From assembly GCA_044226015.1 (NCBI GenBank), contig JBGAHS010000002.1:32001-96000 (forward strand): a DNA stretch of 64,000 bases, given 5' to 3'. Shown piece after piece: positions 38,024 to 46,901 of this stretch. The notes under the pieces are model-generated. The model was not told the DNA's origin and ran no database searches. It saw only the letters and a list, made by a program, of their open reading frames with translations. A program made the position numbers and the translations under genes. Each line of letters opens with the position of its first letter. Positions within the stretch are counted from its first letter, which is position 1. The DNA comes from Candidatus Obscuribacteraceae bacterium (lineage in GTDB: Bacteria > Cyanobacteriota > Vampirovibrionia > Obscuribacterales > Obscuribacteraceae).

Positions 38024-39202
38024 ATGAAATGGGCAACTTCATTAGCCCGAAATTCGTCTTTGGAGAAAGCTTTCACAAGCGCAGCTGAAGAAATCAAAGA
38101 GGCTCTTGGCTCTGCCCCTGACCTCCTTATTTGTTTCATTTCACCAAGCTTCAAAAACAATTACAGCGATGTGACAGAACTCGCAAAAAATTGTCTATCA
38201 CCGCAGCATTTTATTGCTTGCACAGCAGGCGGAATTATTGGTGGTGGGCTGGAACTAGAGAGAGAACCAGCCATTGCGCTCGCCGCCGCATTGCTTCCCG
38301 ATGTAAAGGTCACAACTTTCCATATAGACGATAAAGACATGCCAGATGGCGATGCGCCTCAAACCGCATGGGAGAAGCTGGTATCCGTTACATTCCGAGA
38401 CAGCCCGCATTTTGTTCTCCTGCCTGATCCTTTTTCTTTTCGCATCGATGTCTTAGCGGAAGGGCTAGACTTCGCGTTTCCGGGCTCGGTGAAAATCGGT
38501 GGGCTTGCCAGTGGCGCACACCAACCCAACCAAAATGCATTGTTTCTGAATGAGAAAATGTACCGAACGGGTGCCGTCGGCATCGCGCTTTCCGGCAACA
38601 TCGAAGTCGACAGCATCGTCGCGCAGGGCTGCCGCCCGGTGGGTCCAACGTTTCGCGTCACTGAGTGTCAAAATAATGTACTGCTAGAACTAGACGGACA
38701 ACCCGCCGTGAATGCGCTTTACAGCGTGCTGGAAAAAATGAGTGAAAAGGATCAGAAACTGGCAAAGTACTCGCTTTTCCTTGGTGTTGTAATGGATGAG
38801 TTCAAAGATAGTTTCCAGCATGGAGACTTTCTCATTAGAAATATCTTGGGATTAGAGCCGAATTCCGGGGCGTTGATTGTTGGCGAATTGTTGCGAAACG
38901 AACGAACAGTCCAGTTCCATTTGAGAGATGCAGAGACCTCTTCCGACGATTTGAGTAAAATGCTCAAAAGATACAAAGAGACTCAGCCGGCGCCGCCAGA
39001 AGGCGCACTGCTCTTTTCCTGCCTGGGTAGAGGTGAGCACCTATACGGCATACCAAATCATGATAGTGATATGTTCACCGAATCCATTGGCGAAATCCCG
39101 CTGGCGGGCTTCTTCTGCAACGGCGAGATAGGTCCTGTGGGCGGAACGACGTTCCTGCACGGGTATACTTCATCCTTTGCAATTTTTAGACCTCGAAGCT
39201 GA
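38024..39202 (+). CDS. FIST domain protein (NosP-like)
   Basis: CTAGGII, GGLASG, VAQGCRPVG, ELDGQPA, VQFHLRDA, LFSCLGRG, GFFCNGEIGP, LHGYT. Confidence 0.92.
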   Translation: MKWATSLARNSSLEKAFTSAAEEIKEALGSAPDLLICFISPSFKNNYSDVTELAKNCLSPQHFIACTAGGIIGGGLELEREPAIALAAALLPDVKVTTFHIDDKDMPDGDAPQTAWEKLVSVTFRDSPHFVLLPDPFSFRIDVLAEGLDFAFPGSVKIGGLASGAHQPNQNALFLNEKMYRTGAVGIALSGNIEVDSIVAQGCRPVGPTFRVTECQNNVLLELDGQPAVNALYSVLEKMSEKDQKLAKYSLFLGVVMDEFKDSFQHGDFLIRNILGLEPNSGALIVGELLRNERTVQFHLRDAETSSDDLSKMLKRYKETQPAPPEGALLFSCLGRGEHLYGIPNHDSDMFTESIGEIPLAGFFCNGEIGPVGGTTFLHGYTSSFAIFRPRS

Positions 39203-39262
39203 AGGCTACTTGTCTTTTGTCATGCTAAACTTAGCTCAGCCGCGCTTACTCGGGGGTTAAGA

Positions 39263-39799
39263 GTGATATTCACTAAACATACTGCCACGTTTTTAATGGC
39301 AATCTCGTTTCTGTACGCAAATTCAGCTTCGGCAGCTCCAGCAAAACCAGCAGCAAAGAAGGCTACACCTGCTGCAAAATCTGCCGCCCCGAAAGCAGGG
39401 GCAGGGTCAGCATCAGGCGCTCCCAGCGCAGCTCTCAATTCGTATGCGGACCAGATGCGCAATAAGATGGGCGGAAAATGGGATTATCCCAGCGGCAACA
39501 ACAGCGTCACGTTAGTCGTTAAAGTGTCGCAAGATGGCAGCGTGTCAGACCTCTCATTGAGCAGCTCACCGAAAAATACAGAAGCAGAACAAAAGGCAAA
39601 TGATGCTTTCAATTCGGCTCAACCTCTTCAACCGCTTCCGGGCGGCACGGCGTCAGCAGTCATAACTTGTAAGTTTGACTCTCAAGCAGACCAGTGGAAT
39701 TCGAAAGCCAATATTGCTGTTCGAATTGACCCACAAAAAGCAGCAGAACCAGCTGCCACCACAGACGGTGGCAGCACTCCGTCAACCCCAACTCCGTAA
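39263..39799 (+). CDS. Exported TonB/TolA C-terminal domain protein
   Basis: Signal peptide, Ala/Pro/Lys linker, YADQMRNKMGGKW...VKVSQDGSV...AQPLQPLP. Confidence 0.75.
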   Translation: MIFTKHTATFLMAISFLYANSASAAPAKPAAKKATPAAKSAAPKAGAGSASGAPSAALNSYADQMRNKMGGKWDYPSGNNSVTLVVKVSQDGSVSDLSLSSSPKNTEAEQKANDAFNSAQPLQPLPGGTASAVITCKFDSQADQWNSKANIAVRIDPQKAAEPAATTDGGSTPSTPTP

Positions 39800-39825
39800 G
39801 AACACCGAAATTGAAACAAGCAACA

Positions 39826-41346
39826 ATGTCACCATTCTGGGCAACCGAAAAAATCAGAAAAACTCAATACGCCGGCTCCTGGTACGAAAAAAATCCGGAC
39901 AAACTAAAATCGGAGCTAGACCAGTACATTGAGTCAGCAAAGACCACTCCGGATGAAAGCAGCGCGGAGTTGCTAAAGACCAATAGCGAACCAATAACCG
40001 ACGATTTGCTTGCAATCATTGTGCCTCACGCAGGATATATGTTCTCTGGTGCGACAGCTGCCTTCGCTTATAAGTCAGCCACTAAACGAGAAATCAAACG
40101 AGTTTTCTTACTCGGTCCATCACATCACATCGGGTTTCGCGGAGCAGCAGTGCCTGATGCTGAAGTGTTCGCGACACCACTGGGAGATCTGAAGGTCGAC
40201 ACTGAACTGGTTAATGAGCTGAAGACATACCCAATGTTTTCCACTCAGCCTGAGGTTCACCGCGTTGAACACTCACTAGAATTGCAATTGCCATTCATCA
40301 GACATTGTTTTGAAGGCGCAAAAATTGTACCCATCGTAATCGGTCAACTCAATGGAGAAGCAGACTCCAGACTCATCGGTGAAGTCCTAAAGCGCTTCAT
40401 TAAGAAGGACGACTTAGTCGTAGTAAGTTCTGATTTTACACATTATGGACCACGCTATGGCTATACCCCGTTCGGGCTCAATGAAGATGTGCCAACACGT
40501 GTCAGCGACATGGACGGCATCGCCTTCCGCCTTCTGAGCGACCTGGATCTTGAAGGCTTTGTCGATTTTCTCGACCGCACGGGTGACACCATATGTGGTA
40601 TGTATCCCTGCCAGGTTTTGTTGACCATGTTGCCGACAGCAACCCACGGTACCTTACTTAAGTATGCAACATCCAGAGACTCGCACGTCGAAGACGAAAG
40701 CAATTCAGTCAGCTATCTGGCAATTGCATTTTCTGGAGCGGAATGGGCATCAGAAGGTGAATCTGAAAACAGCACACCTCAATTTAGTGATGCTGAAAGA
40801 GAGAATCTTCTCAAACTGGCGAAGGGCACCATCAGCACATTCGTCAAAGAGAAGCGCTGCCCTACGCCAGTTGAACTCGGCGTAGACCTCACACCCAACA
40901 TGAAATCTTGCCGAGGAGTTTTCGTAACTCTCAACAAGGCTGCTCTTGATGGAGGCGAACACAAGCGTTTGAGAGGTTGCATAGGAAGCATTTATCCAAC
41001 GCGCGCCCTTCATAAAGCAGTTCAAGAAAATGCTATTGCAGCATGTTCAAGAGACCCAAGATTTGGACCGGTGTCCGTTAGAGAACTCGATGAATTGATG
41101 ATTGACGTCAATGTTCTGACTCCGCCGAGAAGAATCGCCGATTACAATGACATTGTTATTGGACGAGATGGTGTCATCTTGAGCAAGGGCGACTATCAGG
41201 CAGTCTTTTTGCCGCAAGTTGCAGTCGAATGGGGCTGGACGCTTGAACAAATGCTTACTGAACTGGCACTCAAAGCTGGGCTTGGACGTGACGATTGGCG
41301 CTCAGGTTGCCACTTCGATGTGTTCCAATCAGAAGAGATTCACTAA
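39826..41346 (+). CDS. amrB: AmmeMemoRadiSam protein B (Memo) fused to protein A (AMMECR1)
   Basis: Memo motifs AGSWY, VPHAGYMFSG, GPSHH, EHSLELQLPF, SSDFTHYG, TICG; AMMECR1 motifs GVFVTL, LRGCIG, RDPRF, FLPQV. ORF open from 39811. Confidence 0.92.
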   Translation: MSPFWATEKIRKTQYAGSWYEKNPDKLKSELDQYIESAKTTPDESSAELLKTNSEPITDDLLAIIVPHAGYMFSGATAAFAYKSATKREIKRVFLLGPSHHIGFRGAAVPDAEVFATPLGDLKVDTELVNELKTYPMFSTQPEVHRVEHSLELQLPFIRHCFEGAKIVPIVIGQLNGEADSRLIGEVLKRFIKKDDLVVVSSDFTHYGPRYGYTPFGLNEDVPTRVSDMDGIAFRLLSDLDLEGFVDFLDRTGDTICGMYPCQVLLTMLPTATHGTLLKYATSRDSHVEDESNSVSYLAIAFSGAEWASEGESENSTPQFSDAERENLLKLAKGTISTFVKEKRCPTPVELGVDLTPNMKSCRGVFVTLNKAALDGGEHKRLRGCIGSIYPTRALHKAVQENAIAACSRDPRFGPVSVRELDELMIDVNVLTPPRRIADYNDIVIGRDGVILSKGDYQAVFLPQVAVEWGWTLEQMLTELALKAGLGRDDWRSGCHFDVFQSEEIH

Positions 41347-41480
41347 GCTCTCGAACCACAGGTGTTTCAACCTTTGAACGAAGGCTTAGAGCAAAACAGA
41401 AAGCGCATATCCTGCGCGCCCCGCTTGGCGCATGTAATTGCACGTGTCATTCGGCGTTAACAAAACGGCAAAGTTGCTAG

Positions 41481-42008
41481 CTAAATCATGTGGATAGCAA
41501 TTTGCTCAAGAACAATTTGCAGGAACATGAACATCAGAAAATAGAGGCTGATTTCCTGTTTTACAAATCGATTCAGCTCGTTCTCAATACTCGGAATAGC
41601 TTTATTCATTTCTTCAGCTGATAGCATTGAGCTAGATACGATTACACGAGGGTTGTAGCGCAACAAGCCATAGCTGAAGGTTTCTTCGTTAGAATCAACA
41701 ACCGCAAGCTTTATCTTTGATACAGAAAGCTTCTGGCATTGTTGGTCAAGGTAAGCTTTTAATTCAGGGTTATCCTTTGCGACATCTTCGATTTGAATGA
41801 ACCTTGCTTTCAGATACTTTTGCTCACTCCAATCGAGCACCAGCGGTAGTATCAACGCAAATAGCACATTCCAGGAAACAGGCATTAGCATCGCGGCATT
41901 TGGACCAATTTCGCCTGACTTCAGCAAGCAAACAGCCAGCGCAGTAAGAAGAATGCCAATTCCGCAGCTTGTGAGCAGATATATTCGCAGAATCTTTGAC
42001 GGCTTCAT
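41481..42008 (-). CDS. Membrane protein resembling an inactive M48/M56 (HtpX/BlaR1-like) peptidase fragment
   Basis: Two N-terminal TMs; TFSYG...PRVIVSSSML; IENELNR where HExxH would be expected; C-terminal TM. Confidence 0.5.
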   Translation of the reverse strand: MKPSKILRIYLLTSCGIGILLTALAVCLLKSGEIGPNAAMLMPVSWNVLFALILPLVLDWSEQKYLKARFIQIEDVAKDNPELKAYLDQQCQKLSVSKIKLAVVDSNEETFSYGLLRYNPRVIVSSSMLSAEEMNKAIPSIENELNRFVKQEISLYFLMFMFLQIVLEQIAIHMI

Positions 42009-42425
42009 TCCTGTGGCTCTCAGACCAGTGAAAGTTTTTCTCTAGGTTTATCTTTCCCAATAGACAGGAATCCAAACCCAACGCCAGTTTTCAAGCGAAA
42101 AGCCCTGCTTTATAAGTCGCCGCGAAACATATGCGATACACCCACAAACAGAACCTCCGCGGACAGAATTCGTCAAAATTAAATGTGGTTTTCAAGCGAA
42201 GCAACTCATCAGGATTTTTCGTTTCGCCCAAAAAGTTGTTAGCTGAAAAATTTAAGCCAAAAGGGAAGTCCTCGCCCCTCCATAATATCGATTCAATTCA
42301 CAGCCATAAAGCTGATAAAAACAATCGATTGCGTCGATGGCACAAAACTGACTTAAACAATCGGGCGTTGTAGCTGCCAGACTGCATCGCACACAGCCCG
42401 GGGATGGAATGGGTCCGAAAGCTTG

Positions 42426-42998
42426 CTATTTAGCCGGCTCAGCGCCGCCGCCACCGGACATCTTCGACTTGATTTTTTCCATCATACTGGGGTCATTCAT
42501 AATTCGCTCTTTTATGGAATCAGGAATGTTGTCCAGCTTTCCACCGAGCTTATTTTTCAACTTGTCAATCATGTCGCCTGAGCCGCCACCCTCAATTGCA
42601 GCTGGACTTCCAGGCTTGCTTGCAGTCGGAGCCGAAATGGTCGAATCGCTGCCGGTAATCTGTGAACCCTGCGGGGGCAAAGGTTTTTGAGTCTTGAGAA
42701 TCTTCGCATTGTCAACTTGCTTGTTTAGCGCTGCATTAATCGATTCAATTCGAGGACTTATTTTTTCGGCAGCATCACCGGCTTTAACCTGTTCTTCAAT
42801 TGCTTTAAATGCCATCATGTAGGCACTTATGCCTATTCCTTGCGCTTTCGCCTGTAAGATGCGCTCATACAATTTCTGGCGAGCATCTTGCGCAGGCCCG
42901 GGGGTGACTCCATCTTCCGCAAATGAGGGGGATACAAAAGACAGTGCGATCAAGGTACCAAACAAAAGCTTGCTTCCCAGCTCGAATACTCTGCTCAT
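42426..42998 (-). CDS. Exported hypothetical protein
   Basis: Sec signal ending SFA; helical body; alternative ATG at 43019. Confidence 0.7.
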   Translation of the reverse strand: MSRVFELGSKLLFGTLIALSFVSPSFAEDGVTPGPAQDARQKLYERILQAKAQGIGISAYMMAFKAIEEQVKAGDAAEKISPRIESINAALNKQVDNAKILKTQKPLPPQGSQITGSDSTISAPTASKPGSPAAIEGGGSGDMIDKLKNKLGGKLDNIPDSIKERIMNDPSMMEKIKSKMSGGGGAEPAK

Positions 42999-43162
42999 CT
43001 CAATCTCTCCAATTCCCATTTCTCATGCTACTTCAGTTCAGCACTTTCAGCCTCAAATAAGCTGCACATCGCTGAATTAATCCTACCCATATTGACGCAT
43101 TTTTATAGCAGTTACGCTTTATTGGACGCCTGCATGTAAAATACTGCATGAATCAGCTCTGA

Positions 43163-43513
43163 ATGAGACAAGAATTGAGCCAGGGATTTTCAATCGACAA
43201 ATATTTGAAAGAGGTTGCCGGGCGGCTGAGACAAGCAGAAGCTGAGCGTGCACGAGGCGACCTGGCGCGCCTCGAAGAGCTAGAGCACACCTCGGACATG
43301 ACTCTAGTAAAAAAGTGGGGCTGGATAAGCGTTATTGTTGGCGCTGCATTCAGTTTTGTTGTGCTTCCTTTCATCGTAGGGATTGCGCAGCATTACGTTC
43401 CTGATTGGATTGGAACTTTGCTCTGGTCTGTAATCAAAGTTTCAATGGGAATGACTCTTTTAATGTTAGGTGTGACAATATACTTCACCATAGGTCCAAA
43501 TTCGGACCGTTGA
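43163..43513 (+). CDS. Small two-TM membrane protein
   Basis: Coiled N-terminus and two hydrophobic helices; upstream of the GS-like gene. Confidence 0.7.
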   Translation: MRQELSQGFSIDKYLKEVAGRLRQAEAERARGDLARLEELEHTSDMTLVKKWGWISVIVGAAFSFVVLPFIVGIAQHYVPDWIGTLLWSVIKVSMGMTLLMLGVTIYFTIGPNSDR

Positions 43514-43532
43514 AAAGGAAGAAGGACTTGGC

Positions 43533-44873
43533 ATGGATCTGGAAACAATAACAGCGCAAATCGAAGAAAATAACATTCAGCTGGTGCGATTTCTCTACTG
43601 CGACACAAGCAATTTAATTCGCGGGAAAGCTACCCATGTGTCCAGCTTCGAGGCGCGAGTACAATCAGGCATCGGTTTGGTGAAGGGCATGATGGCCATG
43701 AACCAGATGGATGAAATGCAAACCGACACCGGATATGGTGCCACAGGTGAAATCAGACTGGTACCAGATCTTTCAACATTCCGAGTTTTGCCATACGCAC
43801 CGTCTTCAGCACTCGTTCTTTGTGACATGCTTGAGTTAGATAAAAGCCCGTGGCTGCTTTGCCCCAGGTCGATTCTCAAACGACAGATTGATCAGTACAA
43901 GCAGCTTGGCATCAGCTTTCAGGCGGCTTTCGAACCCGAGTTTTTTGTAGCAAAACAAGATGGCGACAAACTCATACCAATAGACCAGAGCAATTGCTTC
44001 TCCACTGATGGTATGAATAAAGCCGCTACATTCATCGATGATTTTGTCAAAGCTTTAACTGTTCAAAATTTGTCGGTAGAACAATATTATCCGGAACTAG
44101 GACACGGTCAGCACGAGCTCAGTATCAAACATTCAGAGGCGTTAGAAGCCGCTGACAATCAGATTCTCTATAGAGAAACTCTGCGCGGCGTTGCCGCATT
44201 GCACGGACTCGTCGCAAGCCTTGCCCCGAAACCTGGTGAGAATCTACCGGGTAACGGTTGCCACCTCCACATATCTGCATGGGACAGTGATACCAACAGC
44301 AATCTGTTCTATTCCGATGATGGGCTGAGCAACTTTGGCAAGTGCTTTGTCGCTGGTGTGTTGCGCCATCTTCCAGCACTGGTGGCGATCACATGTCCCT
44401 CAGTCAATTCCTATCGCCGCTTGAAACCAAAATCGTGGGCATCAGCATACACATGCTGGGGTTATGAAAACAGAGAAGCTGCGGTACGAGTGCCATCGCT
44501 TTACTGGGAGAAAGAACTGGAGTCATCGAACATTGAAATAAAGTGCGTAGATTCTAGCGCTAACCCTTATCTGGTTTTAGCAGTAATTATTGCTGCTGGC
44601 ATGGATGGAGTAAAGAGAAAAATGACGCCACCAGAACCGGTATCAACAGACCCCAGCTCAATCAGCCCCGCCGAAGCCAGCGAGAAGAAGGTAGAAAGAC
44701 TTCCGGCTTCGCTGAAAGATTCTTTGAAAAAACTGTTTATGGATCAAACAGTAAAAGAAGCTCTCGGGGAAGAATTTGCAAGAGTCTATCTAAAAGTAAA
44801 AACATCAGAAGACAATTACTTTGCTAATTTGACTCCTGAAGAAGAGATAAAAGCCCACCTCACCCGCTTCTAA
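43533..44873 (+). CDS. Glutamine synthetase-family gamma-glutamyl ligase (FluG/NodGS GS-like domain)
   Basis: FEPEF, ELGHGQHE, GNGCHLHIS, NSYRRL, WGYENREAAVR, NIEIKCVDSSANPY. Confidence 0.9.
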   Translation: MDLETITAQIEENNIQLVRFLYCDTSNLIRGKATHVSSFEARVQSGIGLVKGMMAMNQMDEMQTDTGYGATGEIRLVPDLSTFRVLPYAPSSALVLCDMLELDKSPWLLCPRSILKRQIDQYKQLGISFQAAFEPEFFVAKQDGDKLIPIDQSNCFSTDGMNKAATFIDDFVKALTVQNLSVEQYYPELGHGQHELSIKHSEALEAADNQILYRETLRGVAALHGLVASLAPKPGENLPGNGCHLHISAWDSDTNSNLFYSDDGLSNFGKCFVAGVLRHLPALVAITCPSVNSYRRLKPKSWASAYTCWGYENREAAVRVPSLYWEKELESSNIEIKCVDSSANPYLVLAVIIAAGMDGVKRKMTPPEPVSTDPSSISPAEASEKKVERLPASLKDSLKKLFMDQTVKEALGEEFARVYLKVKTSEDNYFANLTPEEEIKAHLTRF

Positions 44874-44875
44874 TC

Positions 44876-46021
44876 ATGAGCTTTGAAGTAGAGAAATTCA
44901 TTTTCATCGACAATCACGCCCATTCGCTTTTGAAAAAGTACAATGAGCTCGATGAAATAGGTTTTCGTCAATCATTTAGCGAAAGTAACTCGCTGACTGT
45001 TCTCACTGAACATGTGCCGAACTCAATCCACTATATGGATTTGATGGACCAACTACATCGATATCTGGACATAAAAACCGAGCAGGAATTTATGTCGTTC
45101 AGAATGTCGCAACGTCCTGTAGATTACATTCAAATGCTCTGGGATGACGCATCAATCGGCGCCCTGATAATTGATGACGGATTTGCTTCCGGCGAAACAA
45201 TGAGCCTCGACGAACTCAGCAATTTAAGTCAGCGCCCTGTTTTCCATTGCAAGCGCATCGAGCCCTTAATGGAAGCTTGCTTTCAAGAGACTGATTCCTT
45301 TGAAGAACTGAGAAGAGAATTCGAGAAAAGACTTTTTCCAGCGACGACAAAGCGAAAGAGTGTAAGCCTGAAAACTATTTGCGGCTACCGTGGCGGACTT
45401 GAGCTGATGCGCCCCAGCGTAGCTGAAGCGGAATTAGACTTTATGCAAAGCAAGAAAAAAATTGCTGAAAGCAAAAGGAAATTTCGAATTTCAGCCAGCC
45501 CTCTATATCATTTCTTACTCTTGCAAGCATTTGAGATAGCGGCTCAAGAGGAGGTGCCGGTGCAGGTTCACACGGGCATCGGAGATGACGATGCAGACCT
45601 GGTTAAGTGCAACCCTGCGCTGATGCAAGGTATATTCAGGTCCAGAGCATATTCCAAAACGAAATTCGTTTTACTGCATTGCTATCCCTACATAAGAGAA
45701 GCTGCATTCATGTGCTCACTCTACAGTAACGTGTTCATGGACCTCTCACTATCCATTTCATTAGCTTCGCCGCGAGCAGCGAAAATGGTTTCAGAAGCAC
45801 TTGCCCTGGCACCAGCGAGTAAACTACTTGCAGGCAGCGATGGACATAGCAATCCTGAAAGTCACTGGTACGGGGCTCTCTGCTGGAAGCGAGGACTGAA
45901 ATTCAGTCTCTATGACGTGATCAATCAAGGAGTAATCACGCAGAGAGAAGCAGAAAATATTGCAGGACTGGTGCTACACAAAAATGCCATTAACCTGTAT
46001 AAACTCGAAGGTTTGGTTTGA
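44876..46021 (+). CDS. Amidohydrolase_2 family protein (FluG N-terminal-like)
   Basis: IDNHAH, KTICGYRGGL, QVHTGIGD, LLHCYPY, GSDGH; 2 nt after the GS-like stop. Confidence 0.9.
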   Translation: MSFEVEKFIFIDNHAHSLLKKYNELDEIGFRQSFSESNSLTVLTEHVPNSIHYMDLMDQLHRYLDIKTEQEFMSFRMSQRPVDYIQMLWDDASIGALIIDDGFASGETMSLDELSNLSQRPVFHCKRIEPLMEACFQETDSFEELRREFEKRLFPATTKRKSVSLKTICGYRGGLELMRPSVAEAELDFMQSKKKIAESKRKFRISASPLYHFLLLQAFEIAAQEEVPVQVHTGIGDDDADLVKCNPALMQGIFRSRAYSKTKFVLLHCYPYIREAAFMCSLYSNVFMDLSLSISLASPRAAKMVSEALALAPASKLLAGSDGHSNPESHWYGALCWKRGLKFSLYDVINQGVITQREAENIAGLVLHKNAINLYKLEGLV

Positions 46022-46142
46022 GCTAAGCGAATACTTTTTCTTGCATCCAAGGAGGGCTGAGAGCAATCAGAGCTTGTTGCAATCTGACTGGTGCGGATCT
46101 CGGCTGGGGGCGCTGGCTTCGGGCTGGCTTAGAATCGGGGAT

Positions 46143-46898
46143 CTATTCAGCGGGTATATATAGATTCAAACCGTGATCACCAAAGGGATCGAAGTCGTCG
46201 ACGTGAGCCACAAGTTCCTCACCCACTTTCACGTGCAAATGAGTAGCACGACCCGGCGGAATAAAATACCCCTGATGTTCGGGTGAGTAAAAGCCAAGCA
46301 TCTCTGCTCTTACATCCATTGTCTGTCCATGAAATTTCTGCGACTGATGCTTTTGCGGCGTAAGTGGCTTACCGTCATCCTTTACGTTCACCACATGCCA
46401 GGCAATTCTTCCAAAATGTCCTTTAATCAAAAAAGGGAATTGCCTTCGCAAAGGAAAATCATCGCCACCGACCATTGAACTCATCCACTGCTCAAACATG
46501 GCCGGGCTGCGGACAGAGTCAGGAACCATGAGCTTCTTCCACTTTTTGACAGAAGCCCACACTAGAAAAGCCGCGGACTCATTCCAATCGTGTTTGACTT
46601 GAATCTCACCTTTATTAGCACGAGATTCAGATGGAATAGAGTCCCAAATAAGTATTTCGCCTCTCAGCCCAGAGAGGGGACCTAACGCATAAAGGTGTTC
46701 TTTCGACTGCAAATCTTTTAGTGAAACCTTTGCCGCCGCATTGTCCTTATAGATTTCTTGCATAGAGCCGCGGTCATATAACACTATCTGCGGTGCTCTA
46801 AAATGTTTCGCCCAAACAGCAGCGCTGTCCTTCAGGAAGGGGGAAAAGAACCCCAGAACCAAAAGAACAGCGCTAATAACTGCTGAGCGAGGTCGCAT
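46143..46898 (-). CDS. Alpha-acetolactate decarboxylase-like protein with N-terminal signal/anchor
   Basis: LYALGPLSGLRGEILIWD, GFYS, THLHV...AHVDD Zn-binding histidines. Confidence 0.7.
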   Translation of the reverse strand: MRPRSAVISAVLLVLGFFSPFLKDSAAVWAKHFRAPQIVLYDRGSMQEIYKDNAAAKVSLKDLQSKEHLYALGPLSGLRGEILIWDSIPSESRANKGEIQVKHDWNESAAFLVWASVKKWKKLMVPDSVRSPAMFEQWMSSMVGGDDFPLRRQFPFLIKGHFGRIAWHVVNVKDDGKPLTPQKHQSQKFHGQTMDVRAEMLGFYSPEHQGYFIPPGRATHLHVKVGEELVAHVDDFDPFGDHGLNLYIPAE

Positions 46899-46901
46899 CG
46901 A

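Noticed and set aside
41401..41435. REP-like family from GC-rich palindromes at gene ends (also near 1471, 7128, 58814)
   Set aside because: Copies share only short GCGC/AAGCTT cores; no consistent consensus or associated transposase
43533..44873. Calling the gene glnA
   Set aside because: Lacks the typical FDGSS N-terminal motif, has EIK where GS has ExR, and is paired with a FluG-like amidohydrolase
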